Shown here: positions 48,373-57,697 of the stretch, piece by piece | How the letters are laid out: every line of letters starts with the position of its first letter | Numbering within the stretch: the stretch's first letter is position 1 | Source of the DNA: Trueperaceae bacterium | Lineage (GTDB): Bacteria > Deinococcota > Deinococci > Deinococcales > Trueperaceae | DNA: 64,000 bases | NCBI GenBank assembly: GCA_965215565.1 | Contig: CBDCDZ010000004.1 | Span: 1,344,001 to 1,408,000, forward strand | Direction of reading: 5' to 3' | The notes under the pieces: model-generated | What the model was told of the DNA's origin: nothing | Seen by the model: only the letters and a program-made list of their open reading frames with translations | Databases searched by the model: none | Made by a program: the position numbers and the translations under genes

Positions 48373-50031
48373 ATGAACCTCTTTGTGGTGCGTCTAAGAG
48401 GCGCGTGGAACAGTGTCGCGCGCCGTCCTGCTGGCTACCTTTTCGGGCTCGCCCTCTTGAGCCTCGTCTACTGGGGCATGTTCAGCGTGACGCGGCGCGG
48501 CGTGCGTTTCGTCGATACCTTTTTACGCCTCGGCAACGGGGACATCGCCGACGCGGTTTTGCAGCGCAGCTTGGAAACGCTCTTTTTGATCCTCGTTTTG
48601 GGCGTGACCTTCAGCGTGCTGACCACGGCGGTGCACACGCTCTACAGTTCGGACGACCTGCCCTTCTTGCTCTCGTTGCCCATGCCTGCAAGCAGGGTAT
48701 TCACGCTCAAGGTGGCGGAGACGTACGTGTCGGCGGCGCTCTTGCCTGCGCTTTTTACGGTTCCTATCCTAGTCGGCTTAGGCGTCGAGCGAGGGGCGGG
48801 GGTCCTCTTCTATCCGGTGGCGCTCGCCGCCGTGCTCACGCTCTACGCGCTACCTGTCGCCCTCGGCTGTGCGCTCGCGCTCTTTCTGATGCGCGTCGCG
48901 CCGGCGGGACGGGTCAAAGAGATAGCGACGGGCTCGAGCGTCGTTTTAGCCGCCGCCTTTATCTTGGGTCTGCGCGCGCTTAGACCTGAGCAGCTTGCAG
49001 AGATGTCTTTAGAAGAATTGAGCGCTTTTTTAGCGCGCTTCGCGAGTTTCGAAATCGGCTGGCTGCCGACGAGTTGGACCTCAGAGGCGGTCTGGGGCGC
49101 GCTTCGCGGCGAGGTTACGCCTTCAGCGTTTGTGCTAGCGCTCACCTCTTTGCTCGCGCTCTGGTCCGTCGCGGCCCTCGCGGCGTTCGCCTACCGCGAG
49201 GGCTGGATACGCGCGCTGGACTCCGGCGCGCCCAAACTTGATCCGACGCCGCGCCCCGCCTCCTTGTTCGAGCGCACCCTGCACCGCTTCGGGCAAGCGG
49301 GCGCGGTGGTCGCTAAAGACACCAAGCTCCTCTTGCGCGACCCGACGCAGTGGTCCCAGCTTCTCGTGCTCGTCGCGCTGGCGGGCGTCTATCTAGTTAG
49401 CGTCAGCAGCTTGACCGTGGACGGGACGGACAGTCAGCGCTTCCGCGACGCGCTCGGCACGATGAACCTCCTCTTTATGGGCTTCTTGCTAGGCGGCGTC
49501 GGCGTCCGCATGACCTATCCGAGCGTGAGCTTAGAGGGCGAAGGCTTCTGGCTCCTCAAAACTGGACCGGTGCACGCGCGGCGCATCGTGATGAGCAAGT
49601 TTTGGTACGCGCTCCCGGCAATGCTCGCTCTAGGTGTGGGGTTAGGCGTCGCGGCGGCGCTCCTCCTGGACATGAGCCCGACGCTCGCCTGGGCGAGTCC
49701 GGTGGCGGGGCTCTGCGCGGCGCTCGCGGTAACGGGGCTAGGCGTCGGGCTCGGCGCAGCCTTTCCGCGCTTTAACGCCACGACGCCGAGCGAGATACCC
49801 ATGGCGGCGGGCGGGCTTCTCTACATGACGTTGTCGCTCGCGTTCACGCTGCTCATGACAGTCATCTTGGCGTACCCTGCCTGGCAGACGCTCAAGAATC
49901 CAAACCTCATGGTGTGGACGACGCCCGAAGGGTGGCTCGTGCTCGCGCTGCTCGCCCTCGCCACACTTTTCAGCACCGCACTACCTCTTCTCTACGGGAG
50001 TTACCGACTCTCGAGGTATGAGCCGGGCTAG
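48373..50031 (+). CDS. Putative ABC-2-type transporter permease
   Basis: Multi-TM; DLPFLLSLP, KD..LLLRDP, SLEGEGFWLLKT. Confidence 0.85.
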   Translation: MNLFVVRLRGAWNSVARRPAGYLFGLALLSLVYWGMFSVTRRGVRFVDTFLRLGNGDIADAVLQRSLETLFLILVLGVTFSVLTTAVHTLYSSDDLPFLLSLPMPASRVFTLKVAETYVSAALLPALFTVPILVGLGVERGAGVLFYPVALAAVLTLYALPVALGCALALFLMRVAPAGRVKEIATGSSVVLAAAFILGLRALRPEQLAEMSLEELSAFLARFASFEIGWLPTSWTSEAVWGALRGEVTPSAFVLALTSLLALWSVAALAAFAYREGWIRALDSGAPKLDPTPRPASLFERTLHRFGQAGAVVAKDTKLLLRDPTQWSQLLVLVALAGVYLVSVSSLTVDGTDSQRFRDALGTMNLLFMGFLLGGVGVRMTYPSVSLEGEGFWLLKTGPVHARRIVMSKFWYALPAMLALGVGLGVAAALLLDMSPTLAWASPVAGLCAALAVTGLGVGLGAAFPRFNATTPSEIPMAAGGLLYMTLSLAFTLLMTVILAYPAWQTLKNPNLMVWTTPEGWLVLALLALATLFSTALPLLYGSYRLSRYEPG

Positions 50032-50050
50032 TCCTCGGTCATCCATATGA

Positions 50051-50172
50051 CAGCAGTTCCACGCTTCGCTGCACCAAGTGAGGGCGTCTATTTCTTCAAG
50101 GCTTGCGTCCGACTTCGTGAACGCATCCGCTCGCACGTTCCATTGCTATAGCAATGAAACGTGGAAATGCTA
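50051..50172. repeat. Inverted-repeat element sharing the left end of the MITE-like family
   Basis: AGCAGTTCCACG...CGTGGAAATGCTA (11/12 inverted match); internal palindrome centred on TGCTA|TAGCA. Confidence 0.55.
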
Positions 50173-50300
50173 TGAGTTGAGGTCTCACATTAAGACTAGT
50201 GGACCACGCCGAAAAAACTACGGAAAGAGGTTGAGCAGTATAAGAATACCCCTTCGAATCTGAGTATATAGCGGCTCGCCCAGGTTGGCAGAAAAACAGC

Positions 50301-51356
50301 TCAACTGACTACCAAAGACTTCCCTCGCCGCTCCACAACCTCGCCAACCACCGCAGCTCTTGGAAAATTTGCTCTAACTGCCGCTAAAACCTCTTCGACC
50401 TCTTCGCGCGCTACGCTCAGCAGCAGCCCGCCGCTCGTCTGCGGGTCTACGAGTGTCCACCACTGCGTTTGAGTCAGAGATTCGCGCCCTTGCACGTGGG
50501 GCTCGACGTAGGTGGTGTTGCTCTTATGCGCTTTGGTGAGGATATTTTTCTCCAGCGTCTCTTCGGCGTGGTCTAAAAGAGGTATAGCGTCCGCATTTAT
50601 ATCGAGAGTGAGCCCCGAGCCCTGCGCGATGTGCAGCGCGTGACCGAGCACGCCGAAACCCGTGACGTCGGTGGCGGCGTGGACAGCGGCGTGCAGCTCT
50701 TCTGAAAGCTCGAGCTTGTTGAGCGTCTTCATCGACGCAATCGCTTCGCTGATCTGCTCGTAAGATAATTCATCGTTCTTCAGTGCCCCGGTGAGCGTGC
50801 CCGTCCCAACCGCTTTCGTCAAGATGAGCGCGTCGCCCATTTCGGCGCGGCGGTTCGCCCAGAGCTTAGCAGGTTGCGTCAAGCCCGTTACGCTAAAGCC
50901 CAACTTCAAGGTGTCGTCGTCAATCGAATGTCCGCCGACTAAGAGCGCCCCCGCCTCGTTGATCTTCTCAGTTGCGCCGGCCATCAACTCGCGCAAGACC
51001 TCTTGCGGCAACACGTCTAAGGGATACGCCAAGATGGTCAGCGCCGTCGCTGGCGTAGCGCCCATCGCAAACACGTCACTCAGCGCATTCGCCGCCGCCA
51101 CTGCGCCAAAGTCGTAAGGATCGTCCAAGATCGGCGTGAAGAAGTCGAGCGTTTGCACCATCACTTGGTTGTGACTCACTTGCCAGACGGCGGCGTCGTC
51201 TAAAAAGTCGGTGCCGACGAGCAGGTTGGGGTGCTCTTGCCGGGGGAGCGACTTGAGCAAATCCGAGAGCGTGCCCGCGGCAATCTTAGCGGCGCAGCCT
51301 CCCTTCTTGACAGTTTGCGTCAGTCGTATTGGTTGGCTAGTGATTGTGTTATCCAC
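50301..51356 (-). CDS. selD: Selenide, water dikinase (selenophosphate synthetase), Cys form
   Basis: GGCAAK, DDAAV, TLDFFTP, AAANALSD, GGHS, TDVTGFG, DPQTSGGLL. Confidence 0.94.
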   Translation of the reverse strand: MDNTITSQPIRLTQTVKKGGCAAKIAAGTLSDLLKSLPRQEHPNLLVGTDFLDDAAVWQVSHNQVMVQTLDFFTPILDDPYDFGAVAAANALSDVFAMGATPATALTILAYPLDVLPQEVLRELMAGATEKINEAGALLVGGHSIDDDTLKLGFSVTGLTQPAKLWANRRAEMGDALILTKAVGTGTLTGALKNDELSYEQISEAIASMKTLNKLELSEELHAAVHAATDVTGFGVLGHALHIAQGSGLTLDINADAIPLLDHAEETLEKNILTKAHKSNTTYVEPHVQGRESLTQTQWWTLVDPQTSGGLLLSVAREEVEEVLAAVRANFPRAAVVGEVVERRGKSLVVS

Positions 51357-52396
51357 GCTCTACACTCCTTACGGCTACCCTGAAAGATGACGGGTCGGTT
51401 CATGGCGCTAAGACCCTTGCGGTACAGAGGGTCGTAATATTCAGTTAAAAGCGGAGCTATCCAAGTGTGCGCGGCAGAGTCACGCCACACACCGCTTATA
51501 GAAACCTCCTCTAAAGTCTTCGCGCCGCGCTCCACCACGTCACTGCTGAGGCGCTTTCGCAGTTTTAAGAGGCTCTCTTGTAAATACGCCTTTGTCGTCT
51601 CTACACCGTGCATATCGCTTAGCGAGAGGACGTAGTCGCGGTGAATCTGCACCACGCGGCTCGTCACGGACTCTTCGACAAGGATAAGAGGTCCCTTCTC
51701 GATCTCCCTATAGATAGGCTCGGGCAGTTGCCGCTTGCCGATGTTGCGCGACTCATCCTCTAAGAGCAGCACACTCGCCGAACTGAGCAGCAGCCTCGTC
51801 GCGAGGCTATTCTCGAAAGTAGCCTGGGCACTCTGCGGCTCCAACATACTCCCGAACGCGCTACCCCGGTGCTTCGCCTCGCCCTCCAAGTCGAGCGCGA
51901 GCACGTCCGGTTGTCCGCTTAGCTCGTGCAAAAGCGCCGTCTTCCCCGAGCCCGTCATGCCGCCGATGACATAGGTTTCTTTTTTTGCTAAAGAAGTCCC
52001 CAATTCGCTCACGACATAACTGCGGAGCGCCTTGTACCCGCCGCGCACCCTCGGCACGTCTTCACGCCCGATAAACTGAGCCGCCAGCTTGCTGCGCATC
52101 CCGCCGCGCCAGCACATCACCGCTGTCGGCTCGGCGGCGCAGACCTCTCGCCACGCGCTAATGCGCTCCGCCATCACCGCGTCCGTCAGCTCATAGCCCA
52201 GCGCCACCGCCGCCTCTTGCCCCACTTGCTTGTAGCGAATCCCAACTTCGTGGCGCTCCTCGTCAGTGAGAATCGGCGCGTGAACCGAAAGGGGCATCGC
52301 GCCCCGCGCCACCTCGACACTCGCACGCACGTCTAAAAGACGAAACGCAGGCACACCAGCACCTGCGGGGTAAAGAGTATGAGGTTCGATAAGCAC
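51320..52396 (-). CDS. selU: tRNA 2-selenouridine synthase (SelU/MnmH)
   Basis: Rhodanese LDVRA and CWRGGMRS; P-loop GMTGSGKT; HRGSAFG, EDESRNIG, YYDPLY. Confidence 0.92.
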   Translation of the reverse strand: MLIEPHTLYPAGAGVPAFRLLDVRASVEVARGAMPLSVHAPILTDEERHEVGIRYKQVGQEAAVALGYELTDAVMAERISAWREVCAAEPTAVMCWRGGMRSKLAAQFIGREDVPRVRGGYKALRSYVVSELGTSLAKKETYVIGGMTGSGKTALLHELSGQPDVLALDLEGEAKHRGSAFGSMLEPQSAQATFENSLATRLLLSSASVLLLEDESRNIGKRQLPEPIYREIEKGPLILVEESVTSRVVQIHRDYVLSLSDMHGVETTKAYLQESLLKLRKRLSSDVVERGAKTLEEVSISGVWRDSAAHTWIAPLLTEYYDPLYRKGLSAMNRPVIFQGSRKECRAWITQSLANQYD

Positions 52397-52433
52397 GTTT
52401 ATAGCTTACCAAGTAAAGAAGCGATGAGTTGAA

Positions 52434-52609
52434 AGCACAGGTCAGAGCGAAGCTCAAACAGGTTAGAGCAAAGCTCAGTAGGCTCTTACAGGTGAGCACA
52501 AAGTGCAACGGCTTTCAGCCTTAACCTGTGCCTTGACCTGTGCACTGTGTGCTTCACCTGACGAGCAATGAGTGAAAGGCTTTAGACTCATTGCTCGTTG
52601 CTCATTGCT
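52434..52609. repeat. Composite intergenic palindrome with 21-nt units plus a heptamer-based hairpin
   Basis: 21-nt units at 52437, 52458 and 52488, inverted ACCTGTGC units to 52560, and hairpin ACGAGCAATGAGT/ACTCATTGCTCGT at 52561-52598. Confidence 0.6.
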
Positions 52610-52645
52610 TCTTAGAGATGATTTGCCACTCTGCGACTCTACACG

Positions 52646-53284
52646 TTAATTTGCCTGGCTCGAGACCCCCTCCAACTGGTACACCATTTCGTCACCCTCC
52701 CAATTCCGGTTGATGAACCTGTCGCGCCCGGAATTTTGGCGGTAGAAGGAGTAGCTGAGCGAGTTCTTCTTGTAGTAGTTCTGGTGGTATTCCTCGGCGG
52801 GGTAGAACGTGCCGCCATCTACTATCACAGTGGCGATGTCCTTGTTAAATTTACCCGAAGCCTCGAGCGCCTCTCTCGAGCCCTCCGCCAAACGCTTTTG
52901 CTCCTCGTTGGCGTAGTAGATTGCCGAGGTGTAGGACTCTCCCCGGTCAACAAAGGAGCCGCCCGCGTCGGTGGGGTCGTGCATCCGCCAAAAGGCGTCT
53001 AGGAGTTCTTGGTAGGAGATGACGGAGGGGTCGTAGTTCACCTCCACGGTCTCGCGATGTCCGGTGTTGTTTCTCGAGACCTCTTTATAGGTGGGGCTCT
53101 CAGTCTCGCCACCCATATAGCCCGAAATCGCCTCGGAGACGCCCTCCAACTTCTCAAAGTCCGCCTCGGTGCACCAGAAGCAGCCGCCCGCGAAGTAGGC
53201 AACCGCCCCCTCTTGCGCGTCGTTTTGTGCAAAGGTTGTGAAGCCAGTTAAGAATAGAGCTAAAAACAGCAGTTTTCTCGTCAT
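52646..53284 (-). CDS. msrA: Peptide-methionine (S)-S-oxide reductase, probably exported
   Basis: FAGGCFWC, GYMGG, GHRE, FYPAEEYHQNYY; N-terminal signal peptide. Confidence 0.94.
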   Translation of the reverse strand: MTRKLLFLALFLTGFTTFAQNDAQEGAVAYFAGGCFWCTEADFEKLEGVSEAISGYMGGETESPTYKEVSRNNTGHRETVEVNYDPSVISYQELLDAFWRMHDPTDAGGSFVDRGESYTSAIYYANEEQKRLAEGSREALEASGKFNKDIATVIVDGGTFYPAEEYHQNYYKKNSLSYSFYRQNSGRDRFINRNWEGDEMVYQLEGVSSQAN

Positions 53285-53352
53285 GAAGGTCTTCCTTTCT
53301 TACCCTCTATCATGACGTAAAACGCGCCTTATCCCCGTATAACAGTTACTAT

Positions 53353-53463
53353 TAGCAGGTATCATCTGGTTTGAGACACTCTCACTACGCAAAGCGGTGT
53401 CTAGCACGCACATTCGGAGATGATATCTGCGCTCATCCGTCTCAGTATGTCTTGGAACTGCTA
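53353..53463 (-). repeat. MITE-like dispersed repeat, copy D (111 bp, minimal form)
   Basis: TAGCAG...CTGCTA termini; reverse complement matches 16413-16616 outside the extra segments. Confidence 0.9.
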
Positions 53464-53550
53464 TATATTCGGTTGAGGTGTGAAGGTGGCTCGAGCAAAT
53501 CATCCTTAACAACCCCGAAGCCTGAGGACTCCCCGGAGCATTTCACCGCT

Positions 53551-53886
53551 TCAGTCCTCGAGCCCTAACGCCACACGTAGCGCTTCGTCAAGCTCCTGCA
53601 AGGTGTATTCTCCTAACTTGCCTAGGTAGTTCGTCAGGACGCTTTTAGGCAGGCTAATCAGAGTATCGCAGTGGACACTCGAATCGCGCTTTAACCCTTC
53701 GTCAACACCGACAATGACCTGTGTGCTCAGCGCGTCGTAGCGCGAGTAGACAGGTGCACAGATGACGGTAGAGTATCCCGAGTCGACAACGATTTGGCGG
53801 CTCACCACGACGTAGACACGGTAAGGTCTAGGGTCTTCGTCAGGCGTGTTGGGGCGTTTGACGCGGTAGAGATAGCCGCGCCTCAC
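53551..53886 (-). CDS. Type II toxin, MazF/PemK family
   Basis: [40 protein letters not shown]. Confidence 0.85.
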   Translation of the reverse strand: MRRGYLYRVKRPNTPDEDPRPYRVYVVVSRQIVVDSGYSTVICAPVYSRYDALSTQVIVGVDEGLKRDSSVHCDTLISLPKSVLTNYLGKLGEYTLQELDEALRVALGLED

Positions 53887-54140
53887 GGCTGCTCTTCGCC
53901 CTGCTCCTGAAAAATCTCTGAGACGAACGCTAGGTCACTCTGCACCTCTTGATTCAAGGCGTCCGCGGTGGCGCTCAAACGTTCCGCGTCGCGGGCGTCG
54001 CGTTTAGCACGTTCGCGCTGCTGAGCGAGCTGCTGCGCAGCGCTCAGAAAAAAAGCGCTGCGCGACTCGCTCTCTAAAAGTGCGTCGTCTATGCGGCTTA
54101 GCAGTTCAGCGTCCAGAGTAATGCTGGTCTTGACCTTCAT
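53883..54140 (-). CDS. Ribbon-helix-helix antitoxin
   Basis: [13 protein letters not shown]...SRSAF; GTGA-coupled to the toxin. Confidence 0.8.
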   Translation of the reverse strand: MKVKTSITLDAELLSRIDDALLESESRSAFFLSAAQQLAQQRERAKRDARDAERLSATADALNQEVQSDLAFVSEIFQEQGEEQP

Positions 54141-54147
54141 ACCTTAT

Positions 54148-54170
54148 AGTATACCAAGATAGTTGGTATA
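54148..54170 (-). promoter_or_regulatory. Leaderless-type promoter and inverted-repeat operator of the TA operon
   Basis: TATACT 7 nt before ATG; TATACCAA-N5-TTGGTATA at 54150-54170. Confidence 0.65.
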
Positions 54171-54201
54171 TCTCTGCATCCACCGACGCATCTTTACCCC
54201 T

Positions 54202-56022
54202 CTACAGCGCGCCTAAAAACCTCTCCACCTGCGGCTTCAAAAGCGGCTCCGCGAACAGAAACCCCTGCGCCTGCGGGCAGCCGAGTTCGCGCAGCGCTCT
54301 GAGCTGCGCCTCGGTCTCCACCCCTTCGGCGACGACTTGGAGACCCAAGTTCTGCGCCATGCTGATCATCGTGCGTACCAGTTCGGCGCTCCCTTCGTCC
54401 TGGGTCATGCCCTCGACAAAGGAGCGGTCTATCTTGAGGGCGTCCACGGGGAAGCGCCGCAAGTAGCTTAGGGATGAGTAGCCCGTGCCGAAGTCGTCCA
54501 AGTAGAGCTTCACGCCGAGCGCTTTAAGCTGGGCGACGGTCTCTTTTACAGAATCCGACGAGTCGATGAGGACACCCTCGGTGATTTCGAGCACGAGCTG
54601 GGTGGGATCGAAATTAGTCTCTCGCAAGAGGGCGCTCACGTCTTCGGCTAGATCGGCGTGGAGGAACTGCTGCGGGGAGAGGTTGAGCGAAAGGGTGAGG
54701 GGACGCCCCGTCTTCCGCTGCCAGCGCACCACCTGCGTACACGCGCTGCGCCAGACCCAAAAGTCCAACTCGCGAATCAGCCCGGCTTCTTCCGCTAAAC
54801 CTAAGAACGCGGCTGGCTCTAAGAGCCCTCTCTTGGGGTGCTGCCAGCGCACCAGCGCCTCGAAACCCAAGAGGTGGCCTGTGACGAGCAAAATAGGTTG
54901 GTACGCGGTGCGTAGCTCGCCCCTGCGCAGCGCGGTGTGGAGTTCGCGCTCGAGCTGCATACTCGCCATCACCTGGGCGTGCATCGCCTCGCTAAAAACC
55001 TCGTAACGGCCCCGCCCCTGCGCCTTGGCGCGGTACATCGCGATGTCGGCGTCACGCACGACCTCTTCAGCGTGGGCGTACGCCGACGTCGAGGTGACGA
55101 TACCGATAGACGCCGAGGTATTCAGCTCATGCTCCTCTACTATCAAAGGTTGCATGAACGCCTTTTGGATGCGCTTTGCTACTTTGATGACCTCGGCGGG
55201 ACGGGTGACGTTTTCTAGCAGGACGACGAACTCGTCGCCGCCCAAACGCGCCACCGAGTCTGCCGGACGCACGCAGCTCTTGAGGCGCTCCGCAATCGCT
55301 CTTAACATCGCGTCGCCTAGTGCGTGACCGAGCGAGTCGTTGACGACCTTGAAGCGGTCAAAGTCCATGTAGAGGAGCGCGGCGGTGTGCTCTTGATGGC
55401 GCACTTGCCGCTTCAAGACCCTCTCTAAGCGCTCGTGTAAGAGGAGCCGGTTAGGAAGCCCAGTCAGCGAATCGTGAAAAGCGTCGTGATAGAGCCGCGC
55501 GTTGGCACGCTCCAACTCAGCGACCTGACTTCGCACCTGGTACTGCCGCGCCCGCGCCCTGAGCGCCATCTTGAGCGTGCTCACAAGCGTACTGATTCTG
55601 ACTGGGCGCTCTAACAAGATGACGTTGCCGAGCAGGTCCAAAGCCCGCAGCGCGAGTACCGAGTCTGTCCCGCTGCGGGTGAGGAGCAACACGGGCAAGT
55701 CCGACCAGCTCGGCTGCGCGTTGAGCACGCCTACAAGCCCTTGAATGTCGCTCAGCAAGAGGGCTTCTTCAGTCAGGACGAGTGCGCCCGCGCCCTCTCG
55801 CAGCCTGTCTAGGAGTAGGGTGAACGTCGTGGCGCTCTCGACCTGGAGATCGGCTCTACCCAAAACCTCTCGGCTCAGGGCGGCGTCGAGCCCGGTAGGA
55901 GCCAGGATGAGAACGCGGTGCTCGAGCGCCACGTTAGTCTCAGCGCCTAGCTCCCGCACTTGGCTATTCAACTCGCTATTCACTTGCTCAGACTCCACCT
56001 TGTGCCGCTCCACCCCTATCAA
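54202..56022 (-). CDS. Pseudo-receiver/GGDEF/EAL c-di-GMP signalling protein
   Basis: RVLILAPTG N-terminal receiver-like domain; DSLTGLPNR, RLGGDEF, FEALVRW, LDDFGTGYSSL, AEGVET. Confidence 0.92.
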   Translation of the reverse strand: MIGVERHKVESEQVNSELNSQVRELGAETNVALEHRVLILAPTGLDAALSREVLGRADLQVESATTFTLLLDRLREGAGALVLTEEALLLSDIQGLVGVLNAQPSWSDLPVLLLTRSGTDSVLALRALDLLGNVILLERPVRISTLVSTLKMALRARARQYQVRSQVAELERANARLYHDAFHDSLTGLPNRLLLHERLERVLKRQVRHQEHTAALLYMDFDRFKVVNDSLGHALGDAMLRAIAERLKSCVRPADSVARLGGDEFVVLLENVTRPAEVIKVAKRIQKAFMQPLIVEEHELNTSASIGIVTSTSAYAHAEEVVRDADIAMYRAKAQGRGRYEVFSEAMHAQVMASMQLERELHTALRRGELRTAYQPILLVTGHLLGFEALVRWQHPKRGLLEPAAFLGLAEEAGLIRELDFWVWRSACTQVVRWQRKTGRPLTLSLNLSPQQFLHADLAEDVSALLRETNFDPTQLVLEITEGVLIDSSDSVKETVAQLKALGVKLYLDDFGTGYSSLSYLRRFPVDALKIDRSFVEGMTQDEGSAELVRTMISMAQNLGLQVVAEGVETEAQLRALRELGCPQAQGFLFAEPLLKPQVERFLGAL

Positions 56023-56027
56023 CTGCG

Positions 56028-57530
56028 CTAGACTTCGCCTATATCCGCGTTTGTGGGTTCGGAGAGCACCGGCGTTCCGCGCAAGACGCCCTCGAGTCCC
56101 TCTAGCGCCTCGCCGATGCTCAGCTTTTCGCCGGGCTCCCCTAAATGAAGCTCGCGAATATCGCGCTGATGAGGTCCGTTGCGCTTTTTCAGGACGCTGA
56201 TCGCCTTGCGGACCTGCCCGCTGCGTTCGAAGTAGCGCAGCATGACGACTGAGTCCACCAAGTAACTCGCGTTGACGGGCGTGGTGATATCGTTACCGAC
56301 GAGCCCAGGCTGCGTGACTACCAGGAGCGTCGTGACCCCCTTGCGCCCTAGAAAAGTGAAAAGTTCGTGAAACTGGATTAGAAGCGAGCTTTCGCTCGGC
56401 ATTGCGTGGAGGTAGCCGTTCAAACTGTCGATGACGAGCACGCGCGTGCCGTCCTCGACCATCGCTCGGATCATATGTTCGAAGCTGCCGGGCGAGAGCT
56501 GCGCCGGATCGACCTGCCGGATGTTGAGCGTACCCGCATCTAAAAGAGGCTCCAGGTCGAGCCCTATCCCCTTCGCCCGATTGAGATAGGTACCGCGCCG
56601 CTCGTCAAAGGTGAAAATCACCGCTTTATCGCCCCGCTCCGCGGCGGCAGCGGCGAAGTGCACGCTGATGGTGGATTTGCCCGCGCCGGTGGGTCCTATG
56701 AGCATCGTGCCCGTGCCGCGCTCTAAGCCGCCGCCCAGCATCTCGTCGAGCGTCGGAACGCCGCTGGTAATGGCTCCGCCAGAGCGCGTGTCGCCGTGCT
56801 CGGCCGCAACCAAACGCGGAAACACCTCTAAGCCGCCCCGCAAAATGGAGAAGTCGTGGTAGCCCGGGCGGTAGGTGCGCCCGCGCATCTTGATAATGCG
56901 CAGTCGCCTATGGTCCACGCCGTATTCGGGCGAGAGATGCTCTAAATACATCACGCCGTGCGCCGCGTTATGCAGGTTGTGGTACTCGTCGCTCATGACG
57001 GAATCGTCTAGGAGGAGCACCGTGCAGCTATGTTGCGAGAAGAAGTGCTTCAAGGCCAAGACCTGCCGCCTGTAGCGCAGCGGGTCTTGCGCCAACATGC
57101 GAATTTCGGCGAGCGAGTCGAACACGACGCGCTTAGGCTTGAGCCGCTCGACCTCCGCTAAAACGGTCTGCGTCGTTTTACTCAGCTCGACCTCTGAAGG
57201 GTGGAACATGGTGTACTGCACGTCCACGCCCAAGTTCTCCTCGGAGACGTTCAGCTCAGAGATTTTAATCTTTTCGCTATCTAGCGACCAACCATGCGAA
57301 TGGGCCACCTCGCGCAGTTCCTCTTCGGTCTCGGATAGGGCGATGTAAAGCCCCTGCTCACCTTGCGCGACGCCGGTGAGCAAAAACTGCAGCGCCAGCG
57401 TCGTTTTGCCCGCGCCGGGCGTTCCCTGCACGAGGTAGAGACGCTCTTTGGTGAGTCCGCCGTGCAGAACGTTGTCTAAACCTGCAATACCTGTCGCTGC
57501 AAATTTGTCTTTGTGGACCGTATCAGCCAC
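56028..57530 (-). CDS. KaiC-like tandem RecA-type ATPase
   Basis: Two domains: TGIAGLD...GTPGAGKT and SGVPTLD...GPTGAGKS; IIKMRG, VLKKRNG; start uncertain (ORF extends to 57635). Confidence 0.9.
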   Translation of the reverse strand: MADTVHKDKFAATGIAGLDNVLHGGLTKERLYLVQGTPGAGKTTLALQFLLTGVAQGEQGLYIALSETEEELREVAHSHGWSLDSEKIKISELNVSEENLGVDVQYTMFHPSEVELSKTTQTVLAEVERLKPKRVVFDSLAEIRMLAQDPLRYRRQVLALKHFFSQHSCTVLLLDDSVMSDEYHNLHNAAHGVMYLEHLSPEYGVDHRRLRIIKMRGRTYRPGYHDFSILRGGLEVFPRLVAAEHGDTRSGGAITSGVPTLDEMLGGGLERGTGTMLIGPTGAGKSTISVHFAAAAAERGDKAVIFTFDERRGTYLNRAKGIGLDLEPLLDAGTLNIRQVDPAQLSPGSFEHMIRAMVEDGTRVLVIDSLNGYLHAMPSESSLLIQFHELFTFLGRKGVTTLLVVTQPGLVGNDITTPVNASYLVDSVVMLRYFERSGQVRKAISVLKKRNGPHQRDIRELHLGEPGEKLSIGEALEGLEGVLRGTPVLSEPTNADIGEV

Positions 57531-57697
57531 CGCGCCCACCGCGCCGAATCTTTGTCTGTGCTCGAATCTGAAGTCTCTGTATGAAATCCATTGGCCCCCA
57601 AGCAAGCTCTCTACCAGGAGCCTATCAGCTTGCACCTTGACCCGCTGCGAGATGTTAGATATGTCACTTGGGGTCCCGCTCCAACAAGCGCAAGCTC

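Noticed and set aside
52434..52560. CRISPR array suggested by the short direct repeats
   Set aside because: Units are adjacent or inverted, have no unique 30-40 nt spacers, and there are no cas genes.
50301..53284. Selenocysteine (UGA) recoding in SelD or MsrA
   Set aside because: Both active sites are encoded as Cys in uninterrupted frames, and selA/selB/selC are not seen in the window.
45340..53860. Shared KRPNTP peptide in the Cys micro-protein and the MazF-like toxin
   Set aside because: Six-residue match with no further similarity; treated as coincidence.
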